Positions 56,526-64,000 of a stretch of 64,000 nt of DNA are shown piece after piece. Below the pieces are notes generated by a model. It was given only the letters and a program-made list of their open reading frames with translations. It was not told the DNA's origin and did not search any database. The translations under genes were made by a program, and so were the position numbers. How positions within the stretch are numbered: the stretch's first letter is position 1; each line of letters begins with the position of its first letter. This DNA comes from an archaeon (GTDB lineage Archaea; Micrarchaeota; Micrarchaeia; Norongarragalinales; UBA97): the NCBI GenBank assembly GCA_020057405.1, contig JAGVFW010000003.1, positions 96,001 to 160,000 on the forward strand, in the 5' to 3' direction.

Positions 56526-57005
56526 ATGAAAATCGTTTATGCCCGGTTAGGAGTTTTGCTGCTAATCCTGGCCGCAGGCGTTTTTGCAATGCCGCTTTCA
56601 AAACCAATTGACGAGCCCTGCCCGGCTCAAATTGCTGACTTTGGTGACGGCATGATTCAAGGCTGCGCCATTGAAGTTCCCAAGCCCGACTACGTAGTGC
56701 AGTGGATTCGCATCGACCACGTCAACAACACGGGCTTCGTGCACATCCAGGCGCTAACAGTCAACATCGGCGCTGACGCGGCTCAATCATCGCAAACTAA
56801 ACTTACAGCCACTGAATACAACGGACTCGACTACTCAGTCAGCTTTGATGTCCCGCCATTGCCCCACGGCGGCTATTCGCTCCACGAGCTCTACTACAAG
56901 TGCAGCTACAAAGTCACGGTCCATGGCCTAGCCGACGCGCAGGGCAACATCGACGAGGAAAGCGAGACGAACAACGGGAATTCCGCGTCGGGCCGTTGCG
57001 CATAA
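56526..57005 (+). CDS. Secreted protein with CARDB-like domain
   Basis: Signal peptide, KPDYVV...VNIGA...AD..GNIDEESETNN. Confidence 0.7.
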   Translation: MKIVYARLGVLLLILAAGVFAMPLSKPIDEPCPAQIADFGDGMIQGCAIEVPKPDYVVQWIRIDHVNNTGFVHIQALTVNIGADAAQSSQTKLTATEYNGLDYSVSFDVPPLPHGGYSLHELYYKCSYKVTVHGLADAQGNIDEESETNNGNSASGRCA

Positions 57006-57084
57006 AAACCATTAAATCCCCTCTTTCACATTAATTGTTTCGCTAGTTCTTTGAGCTAGCCCGAAGATATAAGGGCAAATTGTG

Positions 57085-60000
57085 ATGCAGGAATTCGGCC
57101 AGTATGGCCGTGAGTTGGAAAAGTCAGTGCTTGCCTACTGGCAAGAAAAACAGATTCCGCAAAAACTTTCTTCTCAGCGCAAGGGCGCGAAAAAGCACGT
57201 CGTGCTTGACGGCCCGCCTTACGTCAATGCACTGCCGCACGCTGGCCATGTGCTCACGACAACGTCGAAAGACATTTGGACGCGCTTGGCGTACATGCGG
57301 GGCTTTGACGCCCACATTCAACCCGGCTTTGACTGCCACGGCCTGCCAATCGAAGTCATGGTAGAGAAAGAACTCGGAATCAAGAGCAAGCGCGAGATTC
57401 TTGAGATGGGCATCGAGAAGTTCGACGCGGCCTGCCTTGCGAAAGTCACCAACAACGAGGGCGCGTGGATGAACTACTACCGAGAGCTTGGGGCATGGCG
57501 CGCATACTTTGAGCCCTACTTCACTTACAAGCCGTCCTACATCCAAAGCGTGTGGTGGGCGTTCAAGCAATGGCACGATGCGGGCATGATTACAGAAGGC
57601 GAGCGCAGCATCCACTGGTGTTCCCACTGCGAGACGGCGCTCGCGGGTTATGAAGTGAGCGACAGCTACGCACAGCGTTCGGACCCGGGGCTTTACGTCA
57701 AGTTCAAGGTAAAGGGCGCGGAAAACGAGTTTCTCCTAGTGTATACGACCACGCCTTGGACTTTGCCGGCAAATGTCGCGATTGCGGTTAAGGGAGATGC
57801 CGAGTACGTCAAGGCGAAAGTCGGCGGCACGGTCCTCATCCTCGCTAAGGCGCTTGCGGAAAAAGTTTTGAAGGAAAAGGCCGGCGTTGACTACGAAGTC
57901 GTCTCGACAATCCGGGGAAGCGACCTTGACGGCGTGGAGTACGAACCGCTTTTCGGGTGCGCAAGCCAAAAGAAAATCGGGGAGAATCCAAAGGCCCGAC
58001 GCGTTTACTTGAGCATCCAGTTGATGTCGAGGAAAAAATACAACAAGCACGTGAAAAAAGACGAGGCTGGCGGCAAGGACGCAACCGCCGTTCTTGACGG
58101 CAAGAAAGAGGAGGGCGAACTGGCCGCTTCGGCAAGCGCTCCTTCGTCTGAATTCGAGGAGTTCGTCACACTTTCTGAAGGAACGGGTCTTGTGCACTGC
58201 GCTCCCGGCCACGGCACTACTGACTTTGTCTTTGGCAAGCACTATGGGCTGCCTGCCGCCTCGCCTGTCGACGAGCGCGGGCTCTTTACGGCGGACGTCG
58301 AGCAGTGGCAGGGGCAGTACGTCAAGAAGGCTGACAAGGAAATTTCGGCTTTTCTTGACGGCAACGGCAGCCTCTTCCACCAAGAGACGATAACGCACAG
58401 CTACCCGCTTTGCTGGCGCTGCAAGACGCCGCTTCTCTTCCGCCTTAGCCCGCAGATTTACCTTAGCATCGACGCGGTGCGCGAGAAGATGCTTGAGGCG
58501 AATGGCAAGACTCACTGGATGCCGCCGTTTGGCGAGGACGCGTTTGGCAACTGGGTCGCTGGGGCGCAGGACTGGTGCATATCACAACAGAGGTTCTGGG
58601 GCACGCCGATTCCGCTTTGGAAGTGCGGAAAGTGCGGTGCGAAAAAGGTTATCGAGAGCTTAGCCGAACTCAGGCTGTCCGCGGTGAAGGACCCGGGCGT
58701 GCTCACTGACTTGCACAGGCACGCGATTGACGGCATCGAGCTAAAGTGCGGCGAGTGCGGTTCGCCGATGAAGCGCGTGCCCGACATTTTCAACGTATGG
58801 ATTGACTCTGGCCTGGCGTTCATTGCAAGCCACGGCTATCCTTTTGCCAACAAGGAATTGGCGGAAGAGCTGATGCCCGTGAATTTGGTGTGCGAGAGCC
58901 AGGACCAAATCAGGGGTTGGTTCTATGCCCTGCAGTTCACTTCGTTTGCAACTTTCGGCCGGCCGGCGTTTAAGGAGTGCGCGGTGATGGGCTGGGTTGT
59001 CGACGAGAAGGGCGAGAAGATGAGCAAGAGCTTGGGCAACGTCGTTGACGCGCAAAAGGCAATCGATACGCTTGGCGCGGATGCGCTAAGGCTCTACTAC
59101 TGCAGCGACGTTGCGCCGTGGAATGTCCACAGGTTTTCGTTCACTAACGCGAAGGAGAGCCAACGCAACCTCAACATCCTGCTTAACACGCTCAAGTTTT
59201 ACAAAATGTACGCACCCGACGGGTTTGTGCCGGTTGAAGTGAGCGCCAAGACGGCGGGGCTTAGGCCAGAGGACAAGTGGATTCTCTCGCGGCTCAACAC
59301 TGTTGCGGGGCAGGCCAACTCGCGCCTAGACGAGTTCGAGTTCCACACTGCGGGCAGGCTGCTCGTTGACTTTGTCGTAAACGACTTTTCGCGCTGGTAT
59401 GTCAAGCTTGCCCGCGACAGGGTTGCCGTTGAGGCAGAGGAAGGAGACAGGAGGGTTTGCTTGAGTGTCATGCGACACGCGCTCTTGCAGGCAAGCAAGT
59501 TGCTTGCGCCAATCACGCCCTTTCTTAGCGAATACTCATACGGCCAGCTAAACGGAGGGCTCGAGAGCGTTCACTTTGAAAGGTACCCGAAGTCGATTGA
59601 GGGCGCTAGCGACGAGGAGCTTGAGGAGCACATGGCAATTGCGATGGCTGCCTCAGAAGCTGCGGCAAGCGCTCGTCAGGAGGCGGGCGTGAAGTTGCGC
59701 TGGCCGCTTGGCCGCCTCGTCGTCACGGGCGATGCGGGCTTGAGCAAGGCGGTCGAAGGGTTTGCATCCCTGCTCTCAACACAGGCTAATGTTCTGCAGG
59801 TGAGCTATTCGCAGGTTCCGCCTGCAGGTGGCAAGTGGGTGAGCCGCGAGATTACGGCAGGGGAAAAGACGGTGACGGTGTTGCTTGACTGCGAAATGAC
59901 TGAAGACTTGCGGATGCAGGCGCTTTTGCGCGAGCTCGTGCGCGCGGTCCAGGAGAGCCGCAAGCAAAATGGCCTCAACGTGCGCCAGAGGATTGTCGTC

Positions 60001-60186
60001 TCGGTTGCATCGCCCCAGAGCTCGGTTGCGGAATTTTTGAGGAAGAACGCCGGGCTTTTGGCGCGGGAAGTTGGCGCCGGCTCTGTCGGCATCGTCGAGG
60101 AAGCGAAGCTAGTTGGAGCGTTCTCGGCATCGGCCTCCATTGACGAGAAAGCAACGGTGAAGGCGCGCTATTCTGTTTCCGGCTAG
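57085..60186 (+). CDS. ileS: Isoleucyl-tRNA synthetase
   Basis: DGPPY, HAGH, GFDCHGLP, TTTPWTLPAN, GTGLVHCAPGHG, DWCISQQRFWGTP, DQIRGWF and KMSKS. Confidence 0.95.
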   Translation: MQEFGQYGRELEKSVLAYWQEKQIPQKLSSQRKGAKKHVVLDGPPYVNALPHAGHVLTTTSKDIWTRLAYMRGFDAHIQPGFDCHGLPIEVMVEKELGIKSKREILEMGIEKFDAACLAKVTNNEGAWMNYYRELGAWRAYFEPYFTYKPSYIQSVWWAFKQWHDAGMITEGERSIHWCSHCETALAGYEVSDSYAQRSDPGLYVKFKVKGAENEFLLVYTTTPWTLPANVAIAVKGDAEYVKAKVGGTVLILAKALAEKVLKEKAGVDYEVVSTIRGSDLDGVEYEPLFGCASQKKIGENPKARRVYLSIQLMSRKKYNKHVKKDEAGGKDATAVLDGKKEEGELAASASAPSSEFEEFVTLSEGTGLVHCAPGHGTTDFVFGKHYGLPAASPVDERGLFTADVEQWQGQYVKKADKEISAFLDGNGSLFHQETITHSYPLCWRCKTPLLFRLSPQIYLSIDAVREKMLEANGKTHWMPPFGEDAFGNWVAGAQDWCISQQRFWGTPIPLWKCGKCGAKKVIESLAELRLSAVKDPGVLTDLHRHAIDGIELKCGECGSPMKRVPDIFNVWIDSGLAFIASHGYPFANKELAEELMPVNLVCESQDQIRGWFYALQFTSFATFGRPAFKECAVMGWVVDEKGEKMSKSLGNVVDAQKAIDTLGADALRLYYCSDVAPWNVHRFSFTNAKESQRNLNILLNTLKFYKMYAPDGFVPVEVSAKTAGLRPEDKWILSRLNTVAGQANSRLDEFEFHTAGRLLVDFVVNDFSRWYVKLARDRVAVEAEEGDRRVCLSVMRHALLQASKLLAPITPFLSEYSYGQLNGGLESVHFERYPKSIEGASDEELEEHMAIAMAASEAAASARQEAGVKLRWPLGRLVVTGDAGLSKAVEGFASLLSTQANVLQVSYSQVPPAGGKWVSREITAGEKTVTVLLDCEMTEDLRMQALLRELVRAVQESRKQNGLNVRQRIVVSVASPQSSVAEFLRKNAGLLAREVGAGSVGIVEEAKLVGAFSASASIDEKATVKARYSVSG

Positions 60187-61931
60187 TTGTCGTAAGTGTA
60201 GCTAGTTTTCTTCTTGTAGAGGTAATACCCGCCCGCCGCTACTGCAATTAGTACGACTAGCCCGAGGATTACCAGCGGGTCTATTGAAAGACCGCCCTGT
60301 TGGGGAACGGGAGTGGCGGTAGAGGCAAGCGTGGCCTGCAGTGACGCTTCTGCTTCCTTAAGCTTGGTAATCGCGGCAGTGTAGTCGCCGCTTGAGGCCA
60401 AGCCTTCTGCAACTGAAATTATCGACTCGACGTCTGCGGTGAACAGGCGTTTTTCCTTCAGTTGGGCCAAAAGCGCCTCGACAACCTGCTTTTCGGAATC
60501 GTAGTCCTGCTTGGCTGATGGCTTGGGCGTGACTGAAGCTTGGGGGGTTGCGTTCAGTGAGGGGGTGGGTGTTGGCGTTACTGAAGGCCGGGGGGTGGGG
60601 GTCGGGATTGGCGTCGGGGCGGGCGTGGGGGATGGCGTGACGGATGGTGCCCCGCCGCTTGTCGGACCGTAGACCGTGCGCTTTGCGGTTTTGTTCATGT
60701 TGCCGGCGGAATCGCTGGCGTAGACTGCGAATGAGGCGCTTCCTGCAGTGGCGATTGTCTTGTTGGTGATGAAATAGGGGCTGCCGGCGGGGAGGTTCTG
60801 GAGTTCGGCAGTGTAGTTGATGCCGTTAAGCTCGAGTGTGACGGTGCTGCGGAATGCGTCTGAGATGCTGGTGTTGATTACTAGAGTCGTTGTCGCAAGC
60901 GTGGTGCCGTCAGCCGGCGTTTCTTGCGTGAAGGCGACGCGGGGGGCTTTTGAGTCGGTGATTAGTGAGTAATTGGTTGGAGCAAAAGCGCAGCCTGTTG
61001 CGGTGCAGGCAAGCGCGTTCCAGACGACGAGGGCTTCTGAAGGCGGGCTTGTGACTGAGACTGTGTGCGTTGAGCCCGCAAGCGTGGCATTCGAGGTCGT
61101 TGCCGCCCAGGTGCCCGAAAAGTTCGAGTAGAGCGTGAAGTTTACGGCGTTTGCTGCAGTGATTGTGAAAAGTATGGCCTGGCTTGGAGTCGAAGCGCCG
61201 CTTGAGGGGCTGACGAGTGAGACGCTAGGCAGTTCGGCAACGGTGATGAAAATGCCGGAATAGTTTGCGCAGTTGCCGGCAACGTCGCACAATTGGTGCA
61301 CCAGGTCGTAGGTGCCTGAGGGGAGGGAAGCGAAGCCAGTGCTGACTGCAGAGCCGTTTGAGACGCTGGAGTTTGCAGCGCGGGCCATTGCCGAGCCGTT
61401 TGAGTGGACTGCGAACACGGTTGTTGCCGAAACGCCGGAGAGGGCGTCGCCGGGAGTGAAGGTGACTGAAAAGCCGCCCGCCGCATTTGAGTTGTTTGAA
61501 GGTGCGGTTGAGGCGAAGTAGTTTGGCGCAGTCGAGTCTATTGTGAGGGTGTTGTTGGATGCTGCAAACGCGCTTGAGTCGTTGGTCGAGACGTTTGCGT
61601 TCCACAGAAAAGTGCCTTCAGGCATGTTGACTGAAATCGAGCTTGCGGTGAGGTCGGAAAGCGGGGAGGAGTTGGTTGAGTTGGCGGCCCAAGCTATTGC
61701 CGGAATGCCTGGGGCGAGGGAGGAGGTGTTGGTGAAGTATAGTTCTGCAGTCCAGAAGCTGCAGCATGGGTCGGCCTCGTCGGGAGTGAAGGAAAACGAC
61801 ACTGCCGAAGTTGCCTGCACCGCGCCGTTTGAAGGAGAAGACAAGCTTACGGTGACGGGGGATGCGAAAACAAGTGTTGCGAGCAGAAGGAACGCGGCGA
61901 CAAAAGAGAACCTCAAGACAACCAACTCCAC
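60183..61931 (-). CDS. Ser/Thr-rich surface protein with Ig-like domains, Pro/Thr stalk and C-terminal TM anchor (start uncertain)
   Basis: Signal-like FSFVAAFLLLATLVFA, IDSTAP/DSKAP Ig-domain ends, PTPTP, then TM and YYLYKKK. Confidence 0.8.
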   Translation of the reverse strand: MELVVLRFSFVAAFLLLATLVFASPVTVSLSSPSNGAVQATSAVSFSFTPDEADPCCSFWTAELYFTNTSSLAPGIPAIAWAANSTNSSPLSDLTASSISVNMPEGTFLWNANVSTNDSSAFAASNNTLTIDSTAPNYFASTAPSNNSNAAGGFSVTFTPGDALSGVSATTVFAVHSNGSAMARAANSSVSNGSAVSTGFASLPSGTYDLVHQLCDVAGNCANYSGIFITVAELPSVSLVSPSSGASTPSQAILFTITAANAVNFTLYSNFSGTWAATTSNATLAGSTHTVSVTSPPSEALVVWNALACTATGCAFAPTNYSLITDSKAPRVAFTQETPADGTTLATTTLVINTSISDAFRSTVTLELNGINYTAELQNLPAGSPYFITNKTIATAGSASFAVYASDSAGNMNKTAKRTVYGPTSGGAPSVTPSPTPAPTPIPTPTPRPSVTPTPTPSLNATPQASVTPKPSAKQDYDSEKQVVEALLAQLKEKRLFTADVESIISVAEGLASSGDYTAAITKLKEAEASLQATLASTATPVPQQGGLSIDPLVILGLVVLIAVAAGGYYLYKKKTSYTYDN

Positions 61932-61994
61932 CAGATGCTGAAACAAGAACGAAGAGTAACAATCTCGCAAGGTAATATAATTGTTTTGCAATCG

Positions 61995-62600
61995 TCAGGC
62001 AATCTGGCGTGCCAGGTCGTCGAAACCGCGGCGCTCTATTGCGCTTGCGAAAACGACCGACTCGGGCTTGTCGCGGCTGGGCGCGAACAAGTTTGACTTT
62101 GCGCGCTTGACGGACTCGGCCTTGTTTAGAACAGGCACTACTGGCTTTTCGCACGCGCTTGAAAGCAGCGCGCACGTTTTTTCGAAAAGCGCGTAGTCGC
62201 TTGCGCGGGAGGCGTCGGCGACGTAGACTACTTTGTCGGCGTGCTCAAGCACGCTTTTGCCTGCGGCGAAGAGTAGGGAATCTAGGGGCGCGCGCAAGTC
62301 GAGGAGAGTCACTTCAGTGCCGGCATCGCGCAGTTCGCGCCAGACGCGTTTATCCTCAATTGCCTCAAGCAGCGCAAGTTCGCACGCGCGTTCCTGGTTG
62401 CCGCCGGCCTTTTTTGAAAATGCTTTTGCGGGAAAATGCTTGCGGATGTCGAAGTCGGGAGAGTAGGGCGGGCGCTTTGCCGCGGGGTCGAAGTTGGCGA
62501 TTGCGCAGCTAATTCCGCGCTTTTGCAAAAACTTGCTAAAGGAAAAGCACAGCGAGCTCTTGCCCGAACCGCTCTGGCCGCAGACTGCAATCACGCGCAT
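61995..62600 (-). CDS. Degenerate GPN-loop GTPase-like P-loop protein
   Basis: GQSGSGKS, NFDPA...PY.PDFDIR, VLNK and FASA. GPN is replaced by GGN and DTPGQ by DLRAP. Confidence 0.7.
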   Translation of the reverse strand: MRVIAVCGQSGSGKSSLCFSFSKFLQKRGISCAIANFDPAAKRPPYSPDFDIRKHFPAKAFSKKAGGNQERACELALLEAIEDKRVWRELRDAGTEVTLLDLRAPLDSLLFAAGKSVLEHADKVVYVADASRASDYALFEKTCALLSSACEKPVVPVLNKAESVKRAKSNLFAPSRDKPESVVFASAIERRGFDDLARQIA

Positions 62601-62673
62601 GGTTTCAACACCAAATCACTCGAATACATTTAAATATCCGGGTTGATTAGTGTTTGCAGTGGTTCTATTGGGG

Positions 62674-64000
62674 ATGCGTTCTGGCAAAGCTACTTTATTT
62701 TTCATAGGTATTCTGTTCGTCGCGTCGGTTGCCTTCGCAACCCAATTGAATGTCCTGCTAGTCTTTCCGGCTAACAACACTAACGCAAGCGCCACTACGG
62801 TGAACTTCGTGTTCACTCCAATTAACCAGAACTCGACTTTAGGGGAGGGATTGGAAAACTTTTCTGGCGCCACAGTATGGATAACCAACACCACGGCGCT
62901 GCCTGTAGGCGTCAGCGGCCTCGTCTGGGGAGTTGCTAACAACACGAACGCTTCGGACTTGCAGAACGCAACCCAGGCGACGATAACTGCCGGGCTCTAC
63001 CAGGGCCGCTATTCTTGGAACATCAACGTTTCCACAAACGCCACTTCCAACTTTTCGCAAGCCAACTATACGTTCACCATTGACAACACCGCGCCGGGTT
63101 ACTTTGCCTCAATCCTGCCGCTAAACGGATCCAACCAATCAAGCACGGCAGTAGACATCAGCTTTGTGCCCGGAGATGGGTTTACAGGCGTTGCGAACAC
63201 CACAGTTTGGGCAACTTCAACGGGCCCGCAGACAGCAAGCTTTTCAAACACCACCTGGATTTTGAACGGCACGCCCGTGACCGGCGGTCTTGTCGGTTTG
63301 GCTGCCGGCAGGTACAACCTCACCTACCAGCTTTGCGACTTTGCCAACAACTGCGCCAACTTCACCGGAGTCTTCTTCACAATAGACAACGTCAACCCCG
63401 GCTACTTCGTTTCCGTCAGCCCGACGAACAACACCAACCAGTCAAGCCCGTTCGTCAACGTAAGCTTCGTACCCGGCGACGCCTTCACTGGCGTCACAAA
63501 CACTACCGTGTGGGCGCGTTCGGCGGGTTTTGGCGCGCACTTCACCAACACCTCAGTCACCAACGGCACTCAAGTCACCGGCGGTTTCGCAGGCCTGACT
63601 AACGACGCCTACAACCTTACTTACCAATTGTGCGACTGGGCGAACAGCTGCGCCAACTTCACCGGCGTGTTCGTCATTGTCGACAACACCAACCCCACCT
63701 ATTTGCCAATCAGCCCGACAAACAACAGCAACCAGTCCGCCAATTCCATTAACGTAAGCTTTGTTCCATTCGACGGGCTCGCCGGAGTAGCAAACACGAC
63801 GGTTTGGCTGCGCAACACTACAGGCTTCGATCGTCACTTCACCAACACGAGCATTGCCAACGCGACGCTCGTGAGCGGCGGGTTCTTGCCGTTGTCTGAA
63901 AGCGTTTACAACTTCACTTACCAGTTGTGCGACTGGCCGGGCAACTGCGCAAACTACACGGGCGTATTCACAACTATCGACTTTACTAACCCCGGCTACT
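62674..64000 (+). CDS. Large surface glycoprotein with tandem ~100-aa Ig-like repeats (3'-partial; not in ORF track)
   Basis: ATG 62674, signal peptide MRSGKATLFFIGILFVASVAFA, open to the window end. Repeats ID..NPGY...SFVPGD..TGV.NTTVW...YNLTYQLCD.ANNCANFTGVF with dense NxS/T. Confidence 0.85.
   Translation, partial: MRSGKATLFFIGILFVASVAFATQLNVLLVFPANNTNASATTVNFVFTPINQNSTLGEGLENFSGATVWITNTTALPVGVSGLVWGVANNTNASDLQNATQATITAGLYQGRYSWNINVSTNATSNFSQANYTFTIDNTAPGYFASILPLNGSNQSSTAVDISFVPGDGFTGVANTTVWATSTGPQTASFSNTTWILNGTPVTGGLVGLAAGRYNLTYQLCDFANNCANFTGVFFTIDNVNPGYFVSVSPTNNTNQSSPFVNVSFVPGDAFTGVTNTTVWARSAGFGAHFTNTSVTNGTQVTGGFAGLTNDAYNLTYQLCDWANSCANFTGVFVIVDNTNPTYLPISPTNNSNQSANSINVSFVPFDGLAGVANTTVWLRNTTGFDRHFTNTSIANATLVSGGFLPLSESVYNFTYQLCDWPGNCANYTGVFTTIDFTNPGY

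Noticed and set aside
63080-64000. Diversity-generating retroelement TR/VR pair among the ~300-bp repeats
   Set aside because: These are in-frame protein domain repeats with differences at all bases, and no reverse transcriptase is in the window.

Overview
GC-rich, very gene-dense archaeal chromosome segment, most likely from a DPANN Micrarchaeota-type organism. The assignment rests on a ~388-aa epsilon2-like tRNA splicing endonuclease, class I LysRS, aIF2-gamma, RpoE1/Spt4/S24e/S27ae and an A1Ao ATPase. In order, the window holds: (i) Cys-rich, Pro/Thr-repeat surface proteins and an S-layer-like lipoprotein; (ii) an ~8-kb membrane glycosylation locus with a polyprenol-P-sugar synthase-like GT2, a PIG-V-like mannosyltransferase, two large GT-C proteins and a third GT-C homolog split into three coupled genes in permuted order; (iii) four tRNAs, three with BHB-type 37/38 introns; (iv) a redox/lipoate/2-oxoacid dehydrogenase block (ferredoxin, Trx, FNR, split LplA, LpdA, E2, E1b, E1a, LipA, TrxB, IscA); (v) rpiB/pfkB, endA, a GNAT, lysS, eif2g, adk, ndk and a PIN protein; (vi) the A-ATPase operon, an aminotransferase, a K+-independent membrane PPase, LemA/TPM and a divergently arranged RelE-like toxin/antitoxin pair; (vii) rpoE1-spt4-rps24e-rps27ae, ileS, a degenerate GPN-like GTPase and two Ig-repeat, sequon-rich surface proteins. 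No CRISPR array, transposase, integrase or rRNA was recognised. All family calls come from motifs read by eye, not from database searches.
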